Source: an uncultured Gammaproteobacteria bacterium
Lineage (GTDB): Bacteria > Patescibacteriota > Patescibacteriia > Magasanikbacterales > GWA2-37-8
DNA: 64,000 bases
Assembly (NCBI GenBank): GCA_964596525.1
Contig: CAZQUL010000001.1
Span: 601,956-665,955, forward strand
Direction: 5' to 3'
In this document: positions 38,162-47,578 of the stretch, piece after piece
Layout of the letters: the number at the start of each line of letters is the position of its first letter
Position numbering within the stretch: position 1 is the stretch's first letter
The notes under the pieces: model-generated
The model's database searches: none
What the model was told of the DNA's origin: nothing
What the model saw: the letters and a program-made list of their open reading frames with translations, nothing else
Position numbers and translations under genes: made by a program

Positions 38162-38214
38162 CCCGAGTACCTCAGTTTAGCCGCTCGACAGAAAGCCCAG
38201 AAAGCCTTACATTG
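38162..38214 (+). repeat. Boundary repeat Y, copy 1
   Basis: 40/53 ungapped identity to 45481-45533. Confidence 0.8.
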
Positions 38215-38267
38215 TTGAAGCTACACTCTCCCGGCCAAATTCATCTCCTTCGCTACGAACTTACTCT

Positions 38268-39278
38268 ATGAATCAAATTAAAATACTGCCGCCCCAACTC
38301 CTGCGCGGTAAAAAAATAGGAATGATTGCTCCTGCGGATCCGGTCAGGGGCGTTTGTGCTGAAGAAGCTATCCAGCGCGGCTATAAGTATCTAGAAAGTA
38401 AAGGATTCCCTGTCGTAGAAGGGGAATCAGTAAAAATTCTCGCTCAAACCCATACTGCAGGCTCAATCCCTCTTCGCGTAAAAGATATTCATGATTTTGT
38501 GCAGCGTGAGGATATCGGCTGCATTATGGCTTTTTGGGGTGGTTTTAATACCAACCAGTTACTGGATTATCTAGATTACGATTTAATTAAAGTACGTCCT
38601 AAGATTTTTATCGGCTATTCGGACGTGACCGCCCTTACTACTGCTATTACAACCAAGACAGGGTTGGTAACGTTTTCTGGTCCGGGCGGGATTTCTTTCT
38701 CTAAGCCAGAACCTTTTGAATATGCCTGGAATTATTTTGAGAAAGCCTGTGTTAAACCTCAAAAAAATATTTTGATAGAAGCGTCGCCGGAGTACGCTGA
38801 TGATCTCTATTTTTTGAGAAAAGATAATGATCGCCGGATCATAAAACGCAATGACGGAATAAAGGTATTCGTTAACGGCAAAGCTAAAGGCGAAGTCGTT
38901 GCGGGAAACCTACAGACACTGCTCGTTTTAAGTGGCACTCAGTACCTGCCGGATATGGCCGGGAAAATCCTTTTTGTTGAGGAAGACGAAACCAGCACGC
39001 CATCGCATGTCGATAGATTTATCTGCCAGGCTAAGCAGTTGGGATGGTTCGAAAAGATCTCCGGAATAGTTTTTGGGCGCTTTACGGAACAGTCCCAGTT
39101 CTCCCCGAATGATTCTTTTGAAGATCTTTTGAAGGAATATTTTTCTCGCGCTCAGTTTCCGGTGGTCTATAACGCCGATTTTGGGCATTCAGATCCGATG
39201 ATTACCATACCAAACGGCGGAGTTTGTTCTGTAGACGGCGGACAGATCAGTTTTGAACAGTCGGTTTCAGCAACATGA
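38268..39278 (+). CDS. S66 LD-carboxypeptidase, MccF-like
   Basis: GGFNTNQLL, FIGYSDVT (Ser), VEED (Glu) and FGHSDP (His). Confidence 0.92.
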   Translation: MNQIKILPPQLLRGKKIGMIAPADPVRGVCAEEAIQRGYKYLESKGFPVVEGESVKILAQTHTAGSIPLRVKDIHDFVQREDIGCIMAFWGGFNTNQLLDYLDYDLIKVRPKIFIGYSDVTALTTAITTKTGLVTFSGPGGISFSKPEPFEYAWNYFEKACVKPQKNILIEASPEYADDLYFLRKDNDRRIIKRNDGIKVFVNGKAKGEVVAGNLQTLLVLSGTQYLPDMAGKILFVEEDETSTPSHVDRFICQAKQLGWFEKISGIVFGRFTEQSQFSPNDSFEDLLKEYFSRAQFPVVYNADFGHSDPMITIPNGGVCSVDGGQISFEQSVSAT

Positions 39279-39456
39279 AGTAAATCCGTAAGAGCGCCTG
39301 AAAGATTATAGATTAAAAATACTATCATTACTCCACCATTCGGGCAAGTATACTTCGGGTTCCTCATTGACCTGAAGATAAATGCATTGTAGTTTTTCTT
39401 GTGCGGCAATCGATGAACAAGCGCCCTTTTACAACTCTTCAGACAGGTGGTAAATC

Positions 39457-40194
39457 ATGGAATCTCTCGACCGTCTCTATTTCGGCACCTGGCAGTTGGG
39501 AGGGCAGTTCAAAAGCTTTTCTTCCCTTGAAATCGAAGCACTCTTACGCTTTGCTCTTGATTCCGGTATCCGACGTTTTGATACGGCAGCTGTCTACGGT
39601 GGCGGGAGAGTCGAGGAAATGCTCGGCCTCTGCCTTCCGGAAGATGCGGTTATCGTAACCAAAATACCGGCGATCCAAAAACCTGATCTTAGTTCGCCCA
39701 GGCCGATCCAAGAGTGCTACTCACACGATTATCTCTTTAGCAGCCTGGAGAACTCTTTGCGCCGTCTGCGGAGATCTTCCGTCGATACGGTTCTCCTCCA
39801 TAACTGGCTGCCATCATGGTCGTCCGCTGGAAACGAAGTTCTTCAATGCCTGGGTGAAATGAAAAATAAAGGCCTGGTCAAAAGAGTGGGGATTTCTCTC
39901 CCCGACGACTTCGGTTCCTTGCTCGATCAAACAGTCTTATCCTGCATTGACGTCGTCGAAGCCCCGTTTAATCCAGGGCAGCAATGGATCCTAGAGCAGC
40001 TTCCTGACCCGCTTAAGATCAAAAAGGAAGTGCTCCTGAGAAGCTTATTTTGCCAGGGCAAACTGCTTCGTGGACGCTCGGCCGAACCGATACTGCATGA
40101 CGCGCTCAAACTCGGCACGTCGCTCGTCATCGGGATGACAGCTAAAGAACAGATCACTCAGAATATTGAGTGTCTGAAAGGATCAGTCACATGA
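39457..40194 (+). CDS. Aldo/keto reductase
   Basis: FGTWQLGG, FDTAAVYG, VTK, SLRRL...LLHN and VGIS. Confidence 0.9.
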   Translation: MESLDRLYFGTWQLGGQFKSFSSLEIEALLRFALDSGIRRFDTAAVYGGGRVEEMLGLCLPEDAVIVTKIPAIQKPDLSSPRPIQECYSHDYLFSSLENSLRRLRRSSVDTVLLHNWLPSWSSAGNEVLQCLGEMKNKGLVKRVGISLPDDFGSLLDQTVLSCIDVVEAPFNPGQQWILEQLPDPLKIKKEVLLRSLFCQGKLLRGRSAEPILHDALKLGTSLVIGMTAKEQITQNIECLKGSVT

Positions 40195-41426
40195 GTTCCA
40201 AGCAAGAATACTTCGCGGCCGTTAATTCCGAGCCGCTTATTACTATTAAAGGTCGGACTACCGGAGAGGAATTCGCGCTACGCGAATATACCTACGGGGC
40301 CCTTGTTCCTGACAATCAGCACCCTCTTTCCTCGGTCAGTGTCTCCAACAGTTCTCTGAGTATCGATCTGTGGATCGGTTGCGCCTGGCAATGCCGATAT
40401 TGCCATGTTCAGGGAACCTACCAAGATCTGGCGGAACAGGGTGCTATGCCGAGACGCCCGAGACGGCGCAATTCGTTTTCCGTCGATCAAATTCTGGATG
40501 AGCTCGTTAAGCATCCGTTTTTCATCGCCGACGAGACGATTATCAGTATCGGAACAGCCAGTACCGAACCGTTCGCGCCGGGGCCGGTCACCGAAAGCAC
40601 CTTCGAGATCATGAACGCCTTTCTCCGGCGGGAACTCCGGAATCCTTTCTGGATCGTTACCAAAGGCGGCGTTCCCAAGGGGAGAAAGCTCGACTTCGCC
40701 CGGATTTCGAACGTAACCCGCGGGCTTATGCTATCGCTATGCTGGGCTGACAATCCTGATACGATCGAGCCGGCTCATAACAACCGCTTCCTTAATGCTG
40801 CAGAAGCCAAAGAAGCGGGAGCTACTGTCGCTTGGTATATGCGGCCGATTGTTCCGGAATGGAGCGGTAATCGTGATCGCATTGAGATGATGATGCTCTG
40901 GGTCAAAAAATACTACAGCGGCGTCATCGACATGATCGTTCCCGGCGGCTTGCGCTGGACCGAAGGGATTGAAAATGGCTTAGTGGAGATTCATAACCTT
41001 CCTATGCCCAGTATCCCTCGGGATGACAACGTGAAATCCCTGCCACAAGAATTGGTGGATGCGATTTTCTCGCTGAGCGCTGAGCATTTTCCGGGTATTC
41101 CGGTCTATCTCAAATCGTCATGTGCCCTTACGCGAATGCTGAAAATTCCAAGCATCACCTCGGTGCAGGTTTTCGCTCGGCAGGAATGTGAGTCGTCTCA
41201 CTGTCCTCTAGCCCAGCGTCAAATCTGTGCTCAAGGAGCAGCGTACACCATGACAACTGAGCGGGCACAGAGCGTTCTTGATGCGCTGGGAATTCCGGCA
41301 TGTGTCGTAAGTTGGGACGCTCACCGCGGACTTGTTACCCATCCTGAGATGAGTAATTTCAGCTATGCGGTCAGGCAGACGGTATTCAAACATCTGGCAC
41401 GAGGAGGCCTTCATGAAGTTCTCTGA
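40191..41426 (+). CDS. Radical SAM enzyme
   Basis: CAWQCRYC (CxxxCxxC); ATGA overlap with the AKR stop. Confidence 0.9.
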   Translation: MSSKQEYFAAVNSEPLITIKGRTTGEEFALREYTYGALVPDNQHPLSSVSVSNSSLSIDLWIGCAWQCRYCHVQGTYQDLAEQGAMPRRPRRRNSFSVDQILDELVKHPFFIADETIISIGTASTEPFAPGPVTESTFEIMNAFLRRELRNPFWIVTKGGVPKGRKLDFARISNVTRGLMLSLCWADNPDTIEPAHNNRFLNAAEAKEAGATVAWYMRPIVPEWSGNRDRIEMMMLWVKKYYSGVIDMIVPGGLRWTEGIENGLVEIHNLPMPSIPRDDNVKSLPQELVDAIFSLSAEHFPGIPVYLKSSCALTRMLKIPSITSVQVFARQECESSHCPLAQRQICAQGAAYTMTTERAQSVLDALGIPACVVSWDAHRGLVTHPEMSNFSYAVRQTVFKHLARGGLHEVL

Positions 41427-42537
41427 AGACGCCCAGCGTCACTTCCAACGTTTCGGTTTCGAGTGGCAGGAGGGCGGCCCGATCGTGAGCGCTAATTCCA
41501 AGCTCTTGTTCAATATCTCCGGAGGGGTCGTATTCGAGGAAGCGATCTGCTACGGAGCCGCTCCTACAAAACGGCGCGTGGTATCGGTTCAGACCTGCCT
41601 CAGAACGGACGGCTGGGAAAAGATTGGGCTGTCCGGCCGACACCATCTGGCTTTCGACATGCTCGGTCACTTCTCTCTGTATGAGAAGGGTGGACGTGAA
41701 ACGAAAGAACTGATGATTGAGAGCGCCTGGCGCTATCTGACAGATTTTTTAGAGATTAGTTCTAACAGTCTGTCAGCGACCGTTCATCCCGGTGACCACG
41801 TATCGTCAAAGATATGGGAGAGCTTGGGAGTTAAGACGGTGCTCAACGATGGGAACATCTCGCACACTCCCGCCAGAAACCGTTGCGGCATGCGCACGGA
41901 AATCGTCTGGAAAAATCCGAGTACGCAGCGACCCATCGAGCTGTGGAACTTAGTCTTCACGGAGTTCGAGGGTACCACGCTCTTTGAGTGCCCGCTTTCC
42001 ACAATCGCCGCTGATTCCGGGGCAAGTATCGATCGCATCGTTACGGCAGTCGAATGCTGTTCTAGCGACTACGATAACTCGAACTGGAAGAGTGTCGTTA
42101 GTTTCCTCTCCGAGCTGTCCCGGATTAACGACCGAGCTCTCGCGTGCCGATTGGCTGATCTTGGTAAAGCGGCAACACTGCTGATGGGAGAAGGGCTTCG
42201 ACCGGGAAACCGAGCGGCAGAATATGTCCTTCGGAAAATCATCCGTGAAGCCCTTGTCCTGTGCCAGCAAGCATCTATCCCAGCTGGGGACTTCGCAACA
42301 GTGATGGCAGAACGTTGGGATTCCTCTCAAACAGCGCAAGCCGCGTTTGTCGAAGAGGCAGTCAGATTCGAAAAAGCCCTGGATCGGGGAAGAAAAGAAC
42401 TGGCAAAGCTCTCTGTCCGCCGGAATGGCCCTCTCACCGAACAAGACGTTGAATACCTTGCATCCACGTTCGGTTTTCCTAAAACTCTCATCAAGTTCGG
42501 AGAATCCAAACGGGAGACGGGGGAACACAATGAATAA
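41413..42537 (+). CDS. Truncated, divergent alanyl-tRNA-synthetase-like protein 1
   Basis: QTCLR, RHHLAFDMLG, ELWNLVF, DSGASIDR and YVLRKIIR. No editing or C-Ala domain. GGAGG SD. Confidence 0.85.
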   Translation: MKFSEDAQRHFQRFGFEWQEGGPIVSANSKLLFNISGGVVFEEAICYGAAPTKRRVVSVQTCLRTDGWEKIGLSGRHHLAFDMLGHFSLYEKGGRETKELMIESAWRYLTDFLEISSNSLSATVHPGDHVSSKIWESLGVKTVLNDGNISHTPARNRCGMRTEIVWKNPSTQRPIELWNLVFTEFEGTTLFECPLSTIAADSGASIDRIVTAVECCSSDYDNSNWKSVVSFLSELSRINDRALACRLADLGKAATLLMGEGLRPGNRAAEYVLRKIIREALVLCQQASIPAGDFATVMAERWDSSQTAQAAFVEEAVRFEKALDRGRKELAKLSVRRNGPLTEQDVEYLASTFGFPKTLIKFGESKRETGEHNE

Positions 42538-43288
42538 TAATCTTGTCTTCGAACTGGGCGACGTCTTGCGTGGCCTGCCTGGTATCCAGCTGCTCTTACA
42601 GGTCGGGCTACAGAGGGATAACGAGAAAGATAAAGTCGATTTACTGGCAGGTTGCGCTCGGGGAAGTATCGAGGGGTATGCTAGCCCTGTCCAGTCACTG
42701 CTTAAAGATCGGTGGCCGAACGGAACATCGTTCGTTTGCGATGATAGCGTTCGGTTTGACCTGCCAATCGGAACCGGGGGGATCGCCCTGTGTGACTCAT
42801 CCGTGTTGGTGAGCCAAGTCAAAGAGTGGTCTGCGGGGAAAAATATAAGTGGGCAGCATCGTCCCTGGGCCACTGCGTACTGGGTGCCGGAAGCCTTGTG
42901 CGGAGACATTGCAACGGCGGAGATTCTCTACGACCCCGACAGCACCAGCGCTCTACTGAAAGAACTTGTCGCTGCTTATCCGGTTCCGCTCTCAAAAGCG
43001 ATAACCGACCTGTGCGTGGATGAGCTGAGGCAGAAGATGCAAACGTCCGAAAGACTGCTTGATGGGGATGGGTTGGTTGAGCTGGAGCTATGCATTTCAG
43101 ACGTGGTTGCCGCGCTAGTCCGGCTGGCGTTCGCTCGTAGCCGCGTATATTTCCGCGGTTTCCGATCGCTTGAACAGCAGGCAAGATTGCTTAAGCCAGC
43201 TGATCTCGCCCTCTACCACCTTGCCATAAAGCTATCCGGTAGGAAGAAAGTAAAAAATCTCCTGAAGAACATCCGGGAGATTCTCTAA
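42530..43288 (+). CDS. Nucleotidyltransferase-fold/DUF4037-like protein
   Basis: Degenerate G..D..D.D segment, AEILYDP motif and helical C-terminus; coupled to the upstream gene. Confidence 0.5.
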   Translation: MNNNLVFELGDVLRGLPGIQLLLQVGLQRDNEKDKVDLLAGCARGSIEGYASPVQSLLKDRWPNGTSFVCDDSVRFDLPIGTGGIALCDSSVLVSQVKEWSAGKNISGQHRPWATAYWVPEALCGDIATAEILYDPDSTSALLKELVAAYPVPLSKAITDLCVDELRQKMQTSERLLDGDGLVELELCISDVVAALVRLAFARSRVYFRGFRSLEQQARLLKPADLALYHLAIKLSGRKKVKNLLKNIREIL

Positions 43289-43319
43289 TATGGAGGCCTA
43301 CAACCGTACGCCTCCTTTT

Positions 43320-43925
43320 TTATTTGAGCATAATTTTTTGGCCATTTTTTATAAACACGGCTTGAGAGTTGTTTATCCGCTCAACGACCACTCCATGTTT
43401 TTTTTCAAAGACTTTCGTTCTCTCCTCTAGTTCGGAAGAATAATGGGGGAGAATGGTAGTGTCTACTAAATCAAGTCCCACTAATTCTTTCAGACTGAGG
43501 TCGTTCTTGTCATCTAATACCTCACCGGCGATCTCGATGGATGGACCGAGAATAATGCTCCCCGCACTTACACCGATATATATGCCATCTCTTTCCAAGA
43601 GATTTTTGATAGCGTCTTTAAAATGGGTTTCCCGTGCGAATTTAAGAAGCTTAAAGGTATTGCCCCCGCAAACGTAGATTATTCCATATTTTGAAAAATC
43701 CCGGGCAGGCTCTGTTTCAAGATCAGTAAATTCAATATCTTTAAATCCAAGATCAGCAAATTGCTTATGTGCCAGTTGGGAGTATTTATTAAGCTCCTTT
43801 CCGTCAGCTGCTGTGGTGATAATAGCCACTGGTTCTCTTTTCTCTAGAGTAAGGCTTTTTAGCTGTTGAACGACCGTGTCGGCAGAGAGGCCGGTAGAGG
43901 TTAGTAGAAGCGCTCCATAATTCAT
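43320..43925 (-). CDS. Peptidase E (S51) family dipeptidase
   Basis: YVCGGNTFKLL, GVSAGS and LPHY. Confidence 0.88.
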   Translation of the reverse strand: MNYGALLLTSTGLSADTVVQQLKSLTLEKREPVAIITTAADGKELNKYSQLAHKQFADLGFKDIEFTDLETEPARDFSKYGIIYVCGGNTFKLLKFARETHFKDAIKNLLERDGIYIGVSAGSIILGPSIEIAGEVLDDKNDLSLKELVGLDLVDTTILPHYSSELEERTKVFEKKHGVVVERINNSQAVFIKNGQKIMLK

Positions 43926-44085
43926 AGGTTTTTGTGTAAGCGATCGGTAGAGATTTGAGTTTATAGTATAAAATAAGGCTTAAAAAGAAACAAACATTTG
44001 AACGCTTATCTTTTTAATTGTTATTATCAAAGCCCTGTGCTACCATCGTCTCGGCTGGTAAATCTCAGAAGGAAGGAATGCCGCC

Positions 44086-45378
44086 ATGAAGGTACCGTAT
44101 AAAACGACCGAAGAAGTGCGACAGACGTTTCTGGGCTATTTTCTCAAGCACGACCATCAGCTCGTGGAGCCATCAGGGATCATTCCGAAGAATGATCCGA
44201 CGCTCATGTTCATCAACTCAGGCATGGCTCCGCTTAAGCCCTATTTCCTCGGCCAAGCGAAGCCGCCCTATCCGCGCCTCACGAACGTACAGGATTGTAT
44301 CAGATTTGTGGACGTTGAGAGCGTCGGCGACTCTTACCACGGAACCAGCTTCCGCATGATGGGTTCCTGGTCTTTCGGAGACTACTTCAAGGAACGGGCC
44401 ATCGAGCTCGCCTTCGAACTGATTACCGTTGGATTCGGCATTCCCGCCGACCGTCTCTGCGCCACTGTATTCATGGCTGACGAAAGTCTGCCGGGAGTTC
44501 CGAGTGATGAAGAATCTGCGCGCATCTGGGAGAAATTCCTGCCGCGGGATCGAATCATCGGGCGTCCGCCTGCCGACAACTTCTGGGGTCCGGCTGGAAC
44601 AGCTGGCCCCTGCGGCCCGTGCACCGAAATATTCTTCGATCGCGGCAAGGAATTCGCCGAGAAAGAAACTGATGACGCGCTTGTCCCCGGGCGGCACATC
44701 GAGATCTGGAACGCCGGAGTGTTCATGCAGTACTTCAAGGACGAGCAGGGAAATTTCACCCCGCTGCCCATAAAGTGCGTGGATACCGGAGCCGGGCTGG
44801 AGCGGTTCGCCATGATTCTCCAAGACCGCGCTTCGATCCACGAGATTGACCAGTATGATTCGTCCTACCAGCTCATCCATCAGAAGATCGGCGATGCGGT
44901 ATGGACGCGGATCATCCTCGATCACCTCAAGACGTCGATTATGATGCTCCGCGAGGGTATCATTCCGAACAACACTCGGGAGGGATACCTTCTGCGCCGC
45001 GCTCTCCGGCGAGCGATGATCGGCATGTTCCTGCGAGGGGTCAGCCTGAGTATTCTTGAGGAGTGGATGGAGTCGCTCAGCCAGGTGATGGACAACAAAG
45101 ATCTGACCATGCGCCAGAAACCGGCTATCGACCGCTGGCTCAGCATAGAACGTGACGGCTTTGAAAAACTGATGCAGCGCAGCAGGAAGCATCTGGACAA
45201 AATCGCCTCAGCTAAAGAACTGGACGCGCACTATGCTTTCACGCTCAAGACCGGCATGGGAATTCCCGAAGACCTGCTAGAGGAATTTTGCCTTCGCCAG
45301 GGCATCGCTTTTCCTAAAGCCGGTTTCCTCCGGCTTATCGAGGAGCATAAAGACATCTCTCGGCAGCCGAAAAAATAG
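44086..45378 (+). CDS. Truncated alanyl-tRNA-synthetase-like protein 2 (catalytic + tRNA-recognition domains)
   Basis: DPTLMFINSGM, QDCIR, SFGDYFK, DNFW...GPCGPCTEI, DTGAGLER and GYLLRR. 430 aa, no editing domain. Confidence 0.9.
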   Translation: MKVPYKTTEEVRQTFLGYFLKHDHQLVEPSGIIPKNDPTLMFINSGMAPLKPYFLGQAKPPYPRLTNVQDCIRFVDVESVGDSYHGTSFRMMGSWSFGDYFKERAIELAFELITVGFGIPADRLCATVFMADESLPGVPSDEESARIWEKFLPRDRIIGRPPADNFWGPAGTAGPCGPCTEIFFDRGKEFAEKETDDALVPGRHIEIWNAGVFMQYFKDEQGNFTPLPIKCVDTGAGLERFAMILQDRASIHEIDQYDSSYQLIHQKIGDAVWTRIILDHLKTSIMMLREGIIPNNTREGYLLRRALRRAMIGMFLRGVSLSILEEWMESLSQVMDNKDLTMRQKPAIDRWLSIERDGFEKLMQRSRKHLDKIASAKELDAHYAFTLKTGMGIPEDLLEEFCLRQGIAFPKAGFLRLIEEHKDISRQPKK

Positions 45379-45398
45379 CCCTTTCAGCTTATAGCCAG

Positions 45399-45428
45399 GC
45401 CTGCCTCGCTCATCGGGGCGGGTCTTTT
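45399..45428 (+). terminator. Intrinsic terminator
   Basis: GCCTGCCTCG/CGGGGCGGGT stem followed by CTTTT. Confidence 0.6.
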
Positions 45429-45443
45429 ATTATCATTGGGCAC

Positions 45444-45548
45444 TGTCGCATTTGTCTTATTTTAACTTCTAGAACCCCGACCCGAGTGCCTCAAATTCAT
45501 TGCTCGACAGAAGGGCTGGAAACCCTTACACTGATTGCAGTTCTCGGG
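45444..45548 (+). repeat. Boundary repeats X+Y, copy 2; probable right end of the island
   Basis: X at 45444-45463 and Y at 45481-45533. CCCGAG(45481)/CTCGGG(45543) closes a hairpin. Host-type genes follow. Confidence 0.75.
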
Positions 45549-45740
45549 TACTTAACTCGAGTGGCCCGCACTGCATGGTTAGTTTCAGAGCGCCCGAATA
45601 CTGCGGGTCTTTTATATGAAGAACTTAAAAATCCGATTGATAAGATCGGATTTTTAAGTTGCCTTTTATTGAAAATAACACTAGAATCCAATTCTAGTGA
45701 GTAGTAGCCCGCACTTTAGCAGGCATGATTTTAAACCACT

Positions 45741-46271
45741 ATGGGATATTTCAATGATCGACATGGCGGCGGTTTTCGCGGTGGAAAAGGCGGGGGTTTC
45801 AAGAAGCGTTGGGATAACGATCGTCACGGACCGGGCAGTATGCATAAGGCTACCTGCGCCGAATGTGGTAAGGGGTGCGAGGTGCCCTTTCGTCCGACGG
45901 GTGATAGGCCCACCTATTGCTCGGATTGCTTTGCTAAGAAGCGCGGTGAAGGCGAATTTCCGCTTAAACCGAAACGTGAATTTTCGGATCGTCCATCATT
46001 CAAATCGGTTTCGGGAAGCGATGATCTTAAAAAACAGATCGGCGAATTGAGCGCCAAGATCGATCGTTTGGTAAGTACTGTTGAGCGTCTTGCGCGCGGT
46101 GGTCAGGGCACCTCAAAAGACGAAGAAAAGAAAGAGGATGCTAAAGCCGCTCCGCTGGCTGCCGTTAAAGAAAAAACCTTAAAAAAATCCGAAGTAAAGA
46201 CGGCTGGGGAAAAGACTGCTAAGTCTAAAGCGGCACCGGCCAAAAAAGTGGCTGCTAAGAAAAAGAAGTAA
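45741..46271 (+). CDS. CxxC-x17-CxxC domain protein with Lys/Ala-rich tail
   Basis: MHKATCAECGKGCEVPFRPTGDRPTYCSDCF. Confidence 0.88.
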   Translation: MGYFNDRHGGGFRGGKGGGFKKRWDNDRHGPGSMHKATCAECGKGCEVPFRPTGDRPTYCSDCFAKKRGEGEFPLKPKREFSDRPSFKSVSGSDDLKKQIGELSAKIDRLVSTVERLARGGQGTSKDEEKKEDAKAAPLAAVKEKTLKKSEVKTAGEKTAKSKAAPAKKVAAKKKK

Positions 46272-46379
46272 GCCAATTTAGCTCCGTTTCAATAACCCTC
46301 ATAGTGGGGGTTATTGTTTTTTACGCACTATTGACTCGTTGGTTTTTAACGTGGCAACAATTTTGGTACTATAGTTCAT

Positions 46380-47108
46380 ATGCTCAACAAGAAGAAGATT
46401 TTTATTGTCCTGATCGCCGTCGTAGCTTTGGTTGTAATCCTTTTGGTAGGGTTTTTCAAGATCAGCAAATCACGCACATTCCAGTTTTTCGACGGTTTAA
46501 CAAACCGAGTGGCGACCGTTGAAAAAGTCGTTGCGCTTACGTTTGATGACGCACCGTCATCTGTTAGCAACGACGTACTGACCCTGCTTCGTCAAAAAAA
46601 CGTACAAGCGACGTTCTATGCCATCGGCTCGAATATCGAGAAGTATCCTGAGGAAGCGAAAGCTATCGTGCGGGCAGGGCATGAGCTTGGTAATCATTCG
46701 TATTCGCACCCGCGGTTTTTACTCGTTTCATCGAAAAAAATAAAGAACGAGATCGAGACGACGAATGAACTTATCCGTTCGGCCGGTTTTGAAGGTGAGA
46801 TAACGTTCCGGCCGCCGTACGGCAAAAAGCTGTTCGGCCTACCGCGGTATCTGGCTAAAAATGACATTAGGACAGTCATGTGGGATGTCGAACCGGATAC
46901 ATATTTCCCGAACGACGCCGAAGAGATGGTGCGCCACACACTTCAAAATGTGCGTCCCGGTTCCATCATCTTGCTGCATCCGTTCTGTGGTGATGGGTGT
47001 AAAGCCGCCCGGGCGGCACTACCCGCGATTATCGATGGGTTGAAAGAGCGTGGCTACCGTTTTGTAACGGTTGGCCAACTGCTGAATGATTTCATCGGCA
47101 TGCCTTAA
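46380..47108 (+). CDS. Polysaccharide deacetylase (NodB/CE4)
   Basis: LTFDDAP, GNHSYSH, FRPPYG and ILLH; N-terminal TM. Confidence 0.93.
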   Translation: MLNKKKIFIVLIAVVALVVILLVGFFKISKSRTFQFFDGLTNRVATVEKVVALTFDDAPSSVSNDVLTLLRQKNVQATFYAIGSNIEKYPEEAKAIVRAGHELGNHSYSHPRFLLVSSKKIKNEIETTNELIRSAGFEGEITFRPPYGKKLFGLPRYLAKNDIRTVMWDVEPDTYFPNDAEEMVRHTLQNVRPGSIILLHPFCGDGCKAARAALPAIIDGLKERGYRFVTVGQLLNDFIGMP

Positions 47109-47123
47109 TTTTTTTCTTACTAT

Positions 47124-47411
47124 ATGAACATGGAATATCCACATCCCACGCCTTCCGATAAGTCATCCGAAAAGCAGCGCCCCAAAGGCATGCTTGAAAA
47201 AATCAAGAAACCCGCGGAACGCCTGGCTCAAGCTGCGGCACTCGCGGCTGGTTTAGCAGTGGGTGTCGATACGGTGCGTCCAGATGCCAATGATTACACA
47301 GCTGAAGGTAAAGCCAAGCAAATCCAGGATATCCGTTCGCAAGAAGACGAGCGCCGCCGCAAAGAGAAATCCGGGGTAAAAAGCGGGGAAGGAAATTCCA
47401 CCGATATCTAG
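47124..47411 (+). CDS. Hypothetical single-TM protein
   Basis: ORF followed by a terminator-like hairpin at 47437-47465. Confidence 0.55.
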   Translation: MNMEYPHPTPSDKSSEKQRPKGMLEKIKKPAERLAQAAALAAGLAVGVDTVRPDANDYTAEGKAKQIQDIRSQEDERRRKEKSGVKSGEGNSTDI

Positions 47412-47578
47412 TTGAAATGAGTTTGTCTGCGTGTGCCAAAAACCGCCTCAGTGGGGTGGTTTTTGAATTTAAAACGAATGCCTTTTTAAGGCATAACCGT
47501 TGACAAAAAAGAGTTTTTGTGGCAGGGTGAGGGCGGTTCCGTCTATCTCAATGATAACACTGCAAAGGAGTAAAGATC

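Noticed and set aside
44086-45378. Annotating this gene as housekeeping alaS
   Set aside because: It lacks the editing domain, has non-canonical motif 2 residues and lies inside the repeat-bounded cassette. It cannot be fully excluded without the rest of the genome.
38162-45548. Classical integron attC sites
   Set aside because: No tyrosine integron integrase in the window and no RYYYAAC/GTTRRRY ends on the hairpins. Kept only as unexplained boundary repeats.
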